Assembly (NCBI GenBank): GCA_004431415.1
Contig: QPMI01000502.1
Location: 124,001-188,000, forward strand
DNA from: Cyanophora paradoxa CCMP329
Taxonomy: Eukaryota; Plantae; Glaucophyta
Direction of reading: 5' to 3'
Length of the DNA: 64,000 nucleotides
Shown: piece after piece, positions 44,635 to 56,270 of the stretch
Layout: each line of letters starts with the position of its first letter
How positions within the stretch are numbered: position 1 is the stretch's first letter
Made by a program: the position numbers and the translations under genes
Notes under the pieces: model-generated
Told to the model about the DNA's origin: nothing
Database searches by the model: none
The model's input: only the letters and a program-made list of their open reading frames with translations

Positions 44635-46965
44635 TGATGCGCGCTCCCTGGACGCCGTACGGCGCGGCCCGCGGGCCCTTCTCAGCGTTGCCTGAACCAA
44701 CCGACGCGAGGGCGGAGAAGTTGCGCCTGCTCCACGAGCTGCAGCGCCGGCACGCGGAAGTCGCGGCCCGCGCTCGCGCGCTGCCCCTACCAAAGATTCA
44801 GCCGCCGTCAAGCGCGGTGGACGCGAGGGTCGGTCGCCGGCCGCGCTGCGAGCCGCGACCCGTGTGCGCTCACTGGCCGACGGCGCAGGCGGTGGTGGCC
44901 GACGAGGACGGGAGCCTCCTCATGCAGTTCGAGTTCGAGACGCTGTTCTCCGACCCGGCGCGCGCCGCCCGCGTCTGCGCAGACGAGATGCACGCCCCCG
45001 CGAGCCCCCCGCCTCCCCGTCCCCCCGCGACCCTCACCCCGCGCGCAGGCACCTTTGGAACCCCGCCTTCCGGCCGCCGGGCCCCCACCTGGACCTTGGA
45101 AGCAAGCCGGGGCTCGAGCTCACCAGCCGCGCGCGGGCGGCCCGGTGCGGCTCCCAGCCCTCGCGCCCCCCCTCCCGCCTCCCGTGGCGACCTGGGCGCA
45201 GGGTACTGGCTATTCTGGAGGCGGAGCTGGACACGGTCGAGAGCGTCGCGGTATCCCCCGACGGCTCCTCCGCCTCCATGTTCCTCGCCTCCACCCGGTA
45301 CCCCCGGCGCCGCCCCCCCCCCCCCCCCCCCCCCCCCCCCCGCCCCCCGCCCCCTCTTTGACAGCGCACGAAACCAGCCTCTGCATCCGCGTGCCATGGC
45401 TAGCGTGCGCCGTCCCCCCTCCTGTCCCGCCCAAGGACCGCCCTCCGGGGTCCGACGGGCGGGGGCGGGCAGGCGGGTGCCGGGCCTGAGGCGGCTGCAA
45501 GTGGCGTACGAGGACAGGAACCAGTGCCTCTGCCTGCACGTCTTCGAGCGCGCCCCCGCCGGCCGCCTCCGCGTCGTCATCACCGACGTCTGGCCCCACG
45601 CCGAGCGGGGCGCCCCCGTCGGGGCCGCCCCCTCGGGCTTCGCGCGCCACGTCGCCGGCGAGTACGCGCGCTACGCCGGGCTGCTCCACGCGTACCTCGA
45701 CGGGCTAGCCCGCGCCGGGGGCGCCGGGGCGGCGGGGGCGCCCCGAGGCGCTCGGGCTCGGGCTCGACGGCCTCGCCGCCGCCGCCCATGGTCCCTGCCT
45801 CGCCGCCCCTCGCCAGCCCCGCCCCCTCCGACGACTCCTCGCCCCGCTCCCCGGCCCGCCGCCCCTCCCTCTCCGACGAGGTCGCCGAGGTGCGCCCCCG
45901 CCGCGCCGGCCCCGCCCCGCCGGCGCCGCGGGGAGCTGAGGGGCGGGCGGGGGCAGCGGCTGGCGGGACTCGCGGTGGAGCCCGACGTGCCCGGCATCCT
46001 CGCCACCGCCCCTCCTACTTCCGCGACCGCCGCCCCGCCGCCGCCCTCCACGCCCCCTGCCCCGCCCCGCCACCGGCCCCGCCCGCGCGCCCTCCCCCGA
46101 CTCGGGCGTCGGCCTCTCGCTCGACGCCCTCTCCCCCTGGACGCCCTCGCCCTCTGGACCTTCGCCGAAGCCCCGCCCCGCCCCTCCCTTCCTCCGCCCC
46201 CGCCCGCCCCCGCCGCAGCCCGTCGCCCGGCCGAGGGCGGCCTCGAGCGCGGCCGGGATCGGCCGGCCGTCTGCCGCGCTCTTCCCTCGCGGCGAGCCGG
46301 CGGGCGGGGGCGCGGCGGGGGCGACGCCGGCGCACCTCCAGCGGGCGCCCGCCATCCGGCGGCCGAGCGCGGCGCTGCTGCCGCGGGGGACGGCCCCTCG
46401 GAGCCGGCCCCGCTGCCGGCCGCCTTCGGCCTCGTCGGGGTCGGCCACACGAGCCTCCCCGTGCACCCCGCCGGCCCCCCTCCCCTCGGCCCTCCACGAC
46501 CGCCGCAAGCGCCGCGCCATGTCCGCCGCCGCTGTCCCCGGCGAGCCCTCGGCCCCGCCCCGCTGCCGGCGGCGCGGCCGCTCCCCATGCCGACGGCGGG
46601 GCCCGGGGCGCCCCTCACGAGCGCCATCCTGCGCTCGCTCGCCGCCGGCCCGGGCCCGCCCCACGACTCGCTGCGGCCCGCCGGGGCCCCACCTACGCCG
46701 TCGACGAGGCCGCGCCCTCCCGCCTCCTCCCCCCTTTCGCGGCCCCGGCCTCGGCGCCCCTCCCGGCGGCCCCGCCGGCCTCGCGCCGCCCCCCTTCCCG
46801 CGGGCGGTGTCACCGGGCACGCTGCCGCCCCTCGCGTCGCTCCTCGGCGGCCTGCCCGGCCTCACCCGCGCCCCGGTCGCCCCCAGTCCCGGGAGCTACT
46901 CCTCCCCCGCGCCCCTCGTCCCCATGGGCGGTCCCCTGGGTCCCGCCCCTTGGCCCCAGGGCTGA
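44635..46965 (+). CDS. Hypothetical multi-exon protein with Pro/Ser-rich C-terminus
   Basis: MMRAPWTPY..EKLRLLHELQRRH, LLMQFEFETLFSD, RLQVAYEDRNQCLCLHVFE..VVITDVWP; short introns. Confidence 0.45.
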
Positions 46966-48115
46966 GCGCCCGCCTTCCTCCCCGTCGCCTCTCCGGCCGG
47001 CGGCCGCGGGGGTTAGTGGCGCCTCCCGGCCGACGCGCCGGCCCTCTCTTCTTTGGGTCTGCAGTGCTGCAGGCACGTCCAGTACATGTCCAATCTTCCT
47101 CGGCGCTTTACTTTTTTGTAATACGTATTCACCCTTTTCGCATGTGTGATCTTAGCCTCCTCTAGACCGATTTTGCTGCAGTGCACATCCATTAGATCAG
47201 TGGCAGTGCTCGCGTGCCGTTTGTTTTGTATGCTGTTTTTGTATCTATTTCAATAGACCGGTAGAGTGAACGTTTACAGTCATTTGAACATTAACTAGCA
47301 GTTATTTACAATTAATACATGTACATGTACATGGCATAGTATACGAGCAGCTTACTGAAAATACTTCCGAAGTTCCTATGCGAAGTAGCAGGAGTGTTAT
47401 CTCGTTACTAGTTATATATATTCGAACCCCCGTGTCCTGTACATGTGCCACGGTACCGGTGCCGCAATCGAAATTGATATCGTGACATCGATCATCGGAT
47501 ATCGATGCATGCATGCATTCCGAAGTTCTTCGGGCACCAAAGCCGCGCTCATCATGAGCCTCATGGTTCGAACTTCAGCTTGGAATCGAAATAGTATCGA
47601 AGTCGACGTCCAACGTTAACTTCGCCCGACCCCGTTCGAAGGGCTTCGCCCGGCCGCCCATGCGTTCGTTGAGTTGAGTGACTCAGTGATCATGGATTGA
47701 ACTATAAGCGCCCCCCCCGTGGCATACCCCCATGACTCAAGTGAATCATGAGTCGACGTCTCACTGAGTCTTGAGTGTGTCAGTGTGACAGTGGCCATGG
47801 GAGTCAATTCCAAGAACATGTGCAAGACCCGAGTGATATCTCGGGGCCCACTGGGCCAACCCTGCGAGTCTGCGACACGCCAGAACGTTGACAAGCGACA
47901 TGCGTGCGCAGCGGCCCGGCAGCCGCAGGCCCCTTGAGGCCGCCTGCACTGTACATTCCGCAGGCCCAGGGGAGCCGCTGAGCAGCCCGACGCGGATCGT
48001 GACCACGAATTTGAAGGGCCCGTGCAAATGGTCAGCGACGGCTGCAGCTACGTGCGTCGAACACTCCGCACCCTGGCCGAGACTCGAGCCCCGCCCGCGG
48101 CCGGCCCCATGCGAG

Positions 48116-51100
48116 CTACTGCAGCTGGAACCCCTCCTGGCCGACAGCCTGGCAGAGCTTCTTGTTGAAGAGCTTGGCGTTCTCCGCGCCCGCCGCCATC
48201 GCGTGCAGGCGCAGCTGGCCCCGTGCTGAGATTCAGCGCCGCACGGCGCACCCGAAGCCGGCCCGGGGGCGGGGCGGGGCGCGCACCGTTCTGGAGCAGG
48301 TGCTGGAGGTCGGAAGGCCTCCCTGCCGGGGCGCGGGGATCGTGGTCACGGGGGCAGGGCGGGGGAGGCCTAGGCCTAGGGGGCGCTGCGGGCGGGGCGC
48401 GTGCGCACGGGCTGGAAGGTGGCGTGCTTGTTGGGGAGGAGGAGCTGGACGGAGATGCGCACGGGGTCCGCCAGCTCGCCCCGGAGCCCCGCGGGGCCCC
48501 CCTCCCCCTCCCCCTCCTCGCCCTCCTCGCCCTCCTCGCCCGGACGGTACGGCCCGACCTCGTTCGCTACCGCCCCCGGGCCCCCGGCGTCGATCCGAGG
48601 GCGCGGGGAGGGCCGCTCCGCCGGGGCGCACCGGTGACGAAGACGGCGAGCTTGGCGGCGTCCACGCACTGCTCCCTGTCGAGCTCGCCCAGCACGGCCT
48701 GCCGCAGCCACTCCTGCATGTGCGCGTACTCCCCCGGCCACTCCCCCTTGAAGTCCATCTGCGGGGCGCGAGGCGGGTCCGCCACAGATGCGAGCGGGCG
48801 GCGGGGCGGGCGCACGCTGGCGAGGACGCTCTGGGGCGTCCAGGGGCTCCCCCCCACGAGCCCCGCGTCCAAGAGGTCCTTGTAGGACTTGAAGAGCGCG
48901 AGCGGCGCCTGCACGCTCGTCTGCGGCCGGCGGCGCGCCGGCGTCAGCGGGGCCGGGCCAAGGAGCAGGGAAGTGAGGGGCGAGCGCGCCACGCTCGGGG
49001 GCGAGCCCTCTGCGCATGCACAGGAATCGCGGTGAGCACTGAGCTCGGGGTGCGAGGGAAAGGGAGCCGCGCGGGCCGCGCGCGCACCTGCGCTGCCACC
49101 GCGGAAAGCGGCCTCAAAGCCTGCGGGGGGGAGGGGGTGGGCGGGGCGGAGGGGAGGGCCGGGGCCGGCGGCGCATGCGGGGGCGGGGCGGGGGCCCACC
49201 GCTGCGGATGTTCGCGAGGAGCGCCTCGCGGCAGCCGACGAGGCTCCACTGCGCGCAGCGCCGCGCCAGCGCCTCACCGCTCAGGCCCCGCCAGCAGTCG
49301 CAGCTGTCCTCCGCGCACGCGCAGTCGCCGCCGAACATGAACCAGAGGTTGCTCGCGTTGCACTCGAAGGTCTCCCGCGTCATCTTCACCTCCTTCCCGC
49401 TCGCCTCCCGCCCCGTCGTCCCGTTGAACGTCCCGACCATCGCGAAGTGGTTGAGGACCTCCGGAGTGACTGCGCCGGCGTGAGGGGCGCGCGGCGGCCG
49501 CGGGGCCGCAAGGAGGGGCCCGCGGGGCGGACCGTAGGGGGCGAGGAGGCCCAACACCTCGGCAAAGCCCTCCGGGTGCCTGTCGAGGGTCGGGCAGAAG
49601 CGCGGCTCCCGCCCCGCCAGGAAGCAGAGGAGCGGCTCCAGGCGCCGGTCGACCCTCATGCGCGCCGCCTCCTCCCGCTGCGGCGTCAGCTTCTGCACCA
49701 GCACTGCCCCGCCAGCCGCCGTCAGCCGGGGCCGCGCGGGGCGGGGGCGAGCGGCCGCGCACCGCGGGCCATCAGCGCGCCGACGGCCTGCAGGAGAACG
49801 CGGCGCTTCTCCTCGGGGCTCTCCACCCCGTCCGGCACCCGCGCCGCCGCCGGCTTGCCCCGCGGGCGGCCCTTCCCCTTGGCGCCCGCCCCCGCCTGCT
49901 GCCCGGTCGGGCCTTTCTTCTTCTTCTTCGGCCCGTCTTCGGCGGGCGCCGGCCGCTTGCCGTTGCCGCCCTGCGCCGGAGCACGCCATCGTCTCGCACC
50001 GTCAGCCACGGGATCCGGGCCCGCCGTCGCGGGCGCGCTGGCACCGGCGGGGCCGCGGCGCCGGCGCCGGGCGCGGGGCTCGCGGGGGGAGCGGTTCAAG
50101 TCGACGTCGAGAGAGGAGTGCGGAATCTCGCGCAGGGCAGCACGCCCTGCGGGGACGCCGGCTCGAGACGGCGCCACGGCAGGAGGCCCAGGGCCTGGCC
50201 GGGGGGGGAGGGGGGGGGGGGGGGGGGGGCGGGGGGCGGGGAGCACCAGGGCGTCCCCCGGGAGGGGCTCGAAGTAGGCGGCGACGGCGGCGGAGAAGAA
50301 CTTGCGGGCGAAGTCGGCGCGCACGCCCGACTCGTCCCGCGTCTCCTCCCCCTCCACGCAGACCCGGATGGGGTGCCACGCCGAGAAGAAGTCCTCCCGC
50401 CGCTTCCCCGGGTTCTTGATGAACTGCCACAGCGACTCCATCACGGACTCGGCGTCCTCCATGCGGCTCACCTGCCGCAGGGGCCGGCCGGCCGTAATCA
50501 GCGCCCCCGCGCTGCGCTCGAACGGAGGGGGGACGCGGTGCGCGCCGGAATGGAGAGGGGGGTGAGCTTGGCGCGCCCCTTGGCCGCCTTCTGCAGCAGC
50601 TCCACCGAGTTGGCGAGCACGCTCCGCCTGCGCGCCGGCGTCGGCGGGGCCGGCTGCGCGCGCACGGGGCGCCGGCGGGGCGGGCGCACCACGCCTGCAG
50701 GTCCAGGTTCCGCTGCACGGCGCGCGCCCGCTCCATCCTCTCCTTCTCCTCGACCAGCCGCGTGTTCTCCTGCGCGGGGCCCGCCTTGAGGGGCGGGGGC
50801 GGGGACGGGGGCGGGGGCGGGGGCGCGGGGGGACCTTGGCGACGTCGACGCGCTCGTGCGGGGGGTGCTCGCCATCGGCGCCCTCCTCGGCCGCCCCGGA
50901 GCGCGCGGCGAGCTCCCCGCGGACCCGCTCGGCCTCGCGGGCTACCCGCTCGAGCTCCGCCTCCCGCTCCCGCGCCACCCGCTCCGCCTCCCGCGTGCGC
51001 CGCAGGAGCCCCTCCATCTCCGCCTCCGCCCCCGGATGCGCGCCTGCACCTGCGCCCCCGCGCCGGCCTCAGCGCCGGGGCCCGCCGCGGAGGAGCGCCG

Positions 51101-52687
51101 CGCCGGGGCGCGCCTCCTCCTGCGCCCTCATCGCCTCCTGCACGTCCCGCGCCGCCCGCTGCGCCTCCAGGTACTGCCCCGCCCCGCGTCACGCCCCCGC
51201 CCCGCGCCCCGCGCCGGCCCCCGCCGCGCACGAAGTGCTCCCGGTCCCACAGCAGCTGCTGGTAGCTGCCCACGGGCGCAACCGCCCGCGTCAGGCGGGC
51301 GCGGCCGGGCGGCAGGGGCCGGGGGCGGCGAGGGTGGGCACCGCGTCTCCCGCTGGATGCGGTCGCGCTCGCTCTCGTCCAGCTTGCGGCGCGCCCGCTC
51401 GAGCTCGCGCCGCTCCGCCGCGGCCCCCCGCAGCTCCCGCTGCATCCCCTCCACGCGCCCCCGCTCCTGCTCGAGCAGCCGCTCCTGCTCCCGCAGCCGC
51501 GCCTCGAAGTCCGCTTCCAGGCGCACCCGCTGCAGCCCCGGGATCCAGATGCCGCGCGTCAGTCGGGGGTGTGGAGGGCGGTGACGGGGGGCGCGGGGGC
51601 GGGCCTGGGCCTTGAGCTGGTGCTCGAGGTCCTGCATCTTGCGCAGGTACTGCCGCTGCGCCTCCCGCATCTGCTCCTGCGTCGTCGCCAGCCTGCCCCC
51701 CGCCCGCCCCGCCCGCTCGTCGGCCGGCCGGCATGCGGGGCGCCGGCGCCGGCGGGCGGGCGGGCGGGCGGGCGGGGCGCACTGGTCCTCGAGGGTGGCG
51801 ATCTTCTCGTCCCGCTGCTCGATCTTGTGCGTCTTGTTCGCGCTCTGCGCCCCGCCCCGCGCTCCAGGCGGGCGTGGGGGAGGGCGGGGGGCAGCGCCCG
51901 CCCCGCACCTCGTGCACGAGCCGCAGCTCGCGGTGCTCCTTCTCCACGTACCCCTGCTTCTCGCGCTTGCGGTCCGACGCCGGCAGAAAGACCCAGCGGT
52001 CGTTCTTCGAGCGCCCGTCCGCCCTCCGCGCCTGCGCGCGCGCGCTCTGCGTCAGCGGGCGCAAGGCGGCGGGCGCGGGCGGCGCGCCGAGAAGGAGTAG
52101 CGGTAGGTCCTCCCGTCCGACACCCGCTCCAGCCTCTCGCGGAAGGCCCGCTCCGCCCGGCGGATGTACCTGCGCGAGTCGTCCCTCGGGCCCCACTGCA
52201 CGACCACTGCGCCCCGCGCCGCCGGCCGCGCGCCGTTAGCGATGGAGGGGCGCTGGGGAGGGACTAAGCATGCGCATGATCACGATAAAGTTGATTGATC
52301 TAGCTATAGAATTCGAGTTCGAGCTCGAGCGCTCGAGGACTGACCACGATGAAACTCCTGCCAATCGCCGCGGACGTACGTGCCCTCCTCGCTGATCTCT
52401 TCGAAGCCGCCGAGCTTCTTCAGCCCCTCCTCGCGCCACAACACGTCCTCGATGGCGCGTTTGCACTCTTCTCGGCGCCCGTCAGCGAGCCGCTCATGAC
52501 CCGGCCAGTCGGGCTCCCGCTTTACGCGGACGATGAATCCACGCTCGATGAGGTCATCCGTCCGTCGCCTCACCACCGGCTCGTCGTCGTGCGCCATGGC
52601 GGAGCTCGAGCCAGCTGCAGACGGCCCCGCGTCGCTGAAGTCGTCGCCGCCGATGATCTCGCATTCGAAGCGCGGTTTCGAGGGCAT
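48116..52687 (-). CDS. Divergent HECT-type E3 ubiquitin ligase with N-terminal coiled coil
   Basis: IRVCVEGEETRDESGVRADFARKFF (HECT start), LLQAVGALMAR, AKLAVFVTG, GLPTSSTCSRT (catalytic Cys), LFNKKLCQAVGQEGFQLQ* (C-terminal GF motif). Confidence 0.75.
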
Positions 52688-53215
52688 TGGCGGAGATTCT
52701 GCACTCGCGCGAGCCGGCTGCGTCAGCGGGCGGCCCGTGGGAGCTGTACATGTCGCTGCAGCAATCGTGCGCCGGGCGAACGTGCTTCTCGCACCTGATG
52801 CGGCGGGCGGAACGTGCTCCGTGACGCTCCAGTTCGTAAAGCTCGACGGTTGTGGCGCTACGGCGCGGGCGGACCCATTTCAACGACCGCGCGGAGACCT
52901 CTACCGAAACCTCACCCGGACAGCGCACCTGGGCCGCCTCGCAGGAAGTTCAGGGTACTCTTCAGCCTCTCCGGATCCATGGAGCGAGAGCCCCTAGGCC
53001 TGATCTCACGCGTACGAGCTGCGTATACGTATACGTACCCGGCACCGCGGCCTTCTGGGTACAGGGCTCGAGCGGAAGCGCGCGCGCAGCTGCCATATGC
53101 ATCTGAATCTGACATCCGATATCGATGATGGATATTGGGACATCTCAGAGTCTGAGCTAGCTATAGATATCGATCTAGACGCGTGCGCGCGTTCGAATTC
53201 TAAGGCTCATGAGTA

Positions 53216-55922
53216 CTAGTGGCAGAAATCCACGTGCACTGTACATGTGCACGTGCTGATAAAGCAGTGGCAATATGAACGGAACAGGGACACTGCTGTC
53301 GCAGTGGCCCTGTTGGAGGGGAAGGACCTCTAAGTTCTGAGCAGGAAAGGGATCGTGTAGTGTGTGCAGCTGATAGGAGATGGTGCCTAGCTATAGAAGT
53401 GGAAGCCCGAATGTACGTAGAAGCCCGAATGTACCTTGGTGGCGAAGCTGTAGCTGCTAGACGGAGAAGTGCGGCCGAAGAACGGCAGGGCCTTTCGGCT
53501 TAAGCTCCCGAATCGGGCCTTCTGCTGTGACCGAAGACAATCAGTCAGGTAGGTGGAATCCGATCTACAGACCAGACGAGCAGAGGACAGGAAGTGCACC
53601 TAGGCCTGCAGGACAGATGCGATGGACAGCCAGACTGCTCAGAGTGGAGCACCGGTCGCAATCTGTTCCCTTCGAAGAGTGAAGAGAGATCAAACGAGAA
53701 CCCCTGCGGTGCCGCGCAGCGTGGCGCGCGGAGTGAACCACACTAGAGGCCGCGAGACTGTGCGCTCGATACCTGCGGACGGTGAAGCCACGCGGGCGCT
53801 AAAAGACTGCACTGGAACACAGCGTGGCGCGCGCTGCCGTGCTCCGAGCTGGGTGCCTGACGGCCCGGACGGGGGCGAAATGGCAGACGGGTACACGTCA
53901 CTGGACCTGCAAGCCTTCGGAGCTCCCAGCGAGCTGCCGAGAGCGTGCACGTAGACTCGGACTCGCTGCGAGAGACGTTTGCCTGGCTTCTGAAGCGCAG
54001 GAGCTCTCCCACGAGATGTGTGTGGGCTGAAACCGCCCCTTCGCCAGGTGAGCTCGGCGCTTCGGCGAAGTGCTCTAGCTAAGCATTTGCAATGCTCTGA
54101 TGCAGGGATCGCTCGCCCTGCCCGGCGAACTTCCGGCTCCACTTCGGTCATGCCGCCGAGCCTTCCTTGCGCGCGCGACGATCCGCCGCGCTGCCGTCGG
54201 CACTCTAGCGCATCAGTACGTTATGCTCGCAGTGCGCCAGGGACCATCTGCCTCCGGTCGCACCAGGTTCGATGGATCGCATCATCGTCCTGGCTTCGGC
54301 GCCCGCCGCCTTCTCACTTCTCACGAGCCGCAGCTCCGCGCTTCGTGCCTGTGAAGCGTGATCTCATTTGTTCCACTGGTGCGCATGCTAAGCTCTGCCC
54401 GTTCCTGCCTCGGCCGCCGCGCTGGAAGAAACTCGAGCTCATGCTTGAAAGCTTCAGTTGGTGTTGCACGAGCAGCCATTCGAACCCGAATGCGCCCCGC
54501 GAGCTGGTCATCATCATCTCATCTACAGCGCATCTAGCCAAGTATGCGATCCTCTTACTCTGTTTTCCTGTCTGGATGACATTTCACCTACCTGACTCAT
54601 TGCCTTTGGGCACTGCTGCAGGCTTGCTTCAACAGGTGAAGCCAACGAGCCCTGGCGTTCGCTGGTCCCAATTCTCTTTAAATCAGCTAGAGCTTGGCCT
54701 TCTGTGTGCTGGAAAAAAGCACCAAGGTGCAGTCGGCCTCCCGAGCTTCTAGGCACTCTGGCAGATCTTACATGTTTTGCTTCTGCAGTCCCTCTCACGT
54801 CTTTTGTAGTAGGGTACGACTGTGAGTGATCTTGATTCGTTTTGATCTATCTAGCTAATCAACTACTATACAAGTCGCCAGGCGTGATGCTCAGAGTGGG
54901 ACTCCCGAGTTGCCGAGTCCATGAGAGCCAACCGCTCGTACTCCTTGTCAATCTTGTCTTGCGTCTCCTTGAATCTTTGCAGAATATCCACTGTTACTGG
55001 TCGCAGGAGATGGACACCTTCAAGAGATGTGCATCGGCTCAGGCCAACGTAAACTTGCCCATAGCAGAAGGGATTCCCCACGTCGACCACAATCTTCTTG
55101 CAGGTGGCCCTTGACTCTTGTGGATCGTGATCGAGAATGCTAATGCAAGGGGAAGCTGCAGTCGAAACGATGTTTCGCCATAGTAGGAGACCCGGGACGT
55201 GACTGGTGGTATTGGAACTATGGGATCCTCGCCATCAGGAACAGGTCTGTACGACTCTCCTCTGTAGTGATCTCGGGGGATCCGCACGAGAACAATAGGC
55301 GGCTTGTACTTTGCCCTGCCCTTGATCATCTCGTCGTGGTTCTTTGGAAGTGCAGGTGCTCCTTCTGGAAGGATAATGTCTTCCACTGTAACAACCGTTC
55401 CGTTGGTGAGACCAGCGATGAACACTTGCTAAGATTTCTTGTTATCATGACTTTAGCTCCACGTGCAAGTGTGATCTCGGCAGGCAGTCCATTCCGCTTC
55501 CACTTCTCATCCTTAGTCAGCAGTCCTCGAAGCATTTTCTCGTACTTCTCCTCAGTGTTGAACTTGCGCTTATATGTTCGCTTGCGTGTAGGTTGAGTGG
55601 GGTCGAGGTCGAGGTCACGGACATCATCATTGACCTCGTTGTCTCCGTGGTCATTGTCGGCAAGCATATCTTCTCTTGAGACTGGCTCGCTGAAGTCTGC
55701 AGGATTCTCTGTTGACGGCAGGTGATGAGCGAAGATTGTGACCCGGGCATGGTGAGAGCGAGGAGCCTGTTTCTCAAGCTTGCTGAGAAGCCTTGAGTTG
55801 AGCTCGTTCTTGACCTTGTGCGTTGCTGCCAGGCACAAGGCATCCAGGGGGATGTCTTCTCCGGGCCGAAGCACCCTTGTGTTCAACTTCCGAACGATGT
55901 GGGAGTACTGCTCTGTGGAGGC
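53216..55922 (-). mobile_element. 3' portion of a Helitron-like rolling-circle transposon, truncated by LTR insertion
   Basis: PIF1 helicase C-terminal half; 9-bp hairpin (53231-53255) 11 nt before terminal CTAG, followed by T on the minus strand. Confidence 0.65.
54866..55922 (-). pseudogene. PIF1-family helicase C-terminal fragment, frameshifted
   Basis: LNTRV, LARGAKVMITRNL, GLTNGT, RLQLPLALAFSITIHKSQG, YGQVYVGLSRCTSLEG spread over three frames. Confidence 0.88.
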
Positions 55923-56255
55923 TGTTAAGGCCGTGTGGCCGTACCCGGTTTGCTTTTTCGACCGAATATAATATTCAGTTAACTAGCCGCACTCGAGTAT
56001 ACGTAGTAATCCAGGCTCGAAGCCCGGAAAGGTCCGGCGTTGCAGCACTACTATTCTCTACGGTAGTCCAGCCTAAGGGCTCGAATCGAACCAGCCTAAG
56101 GGGCTCGGACCGATCAGGCCAGGAGCAACTTGGCAAGCTCCGAACAACGGACGTGCACGAACTACGGCGTGGCATGGGCACGCAAGAAAAGCCATATGGA
56201 TAACTATTTATCTAACTAGCTCAGGACGGCTAGGGGCAATTAACATTACGAGCCA
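55923..56255 (+). repeat. Putative 5' LTR (end at 56245 TAACA or 56255 CA)
   Basis: Starts TGTTA where helicase similarity stops; TAACA at 56241-56245; TATA-like ATATAAT near 55968; PBS follows. The second LTR is not in the window. Confidence 0.55.
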
Positions 56256-56258
56256 ACT

Positions 56259-56270
56259 TGGCGAGCCGGC
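56259..56270 (+). promoter_or_regulatory. Primer binding site, probably tRNA-Arg
   Basis: TGGCGAGCCGGC is complementary to a ..GCUGGCUCGCCA-type 3' end of eukaryotic tRNA-Arg(ACG) with one G-U pair. Confidence 0.55.

Noticed and set aside
45313-45345. Long poly-C/poly-G runs (also ~50200, 9585, 6426) as G-quadruplex regulators
   Set aside because: Common in the GC-rich introns here and prone to sequencing length error
53387-54800. Short ORFs between the helicase stop and the Helitron end as captured genes
   Set aside because: No recognisable domain in any frame
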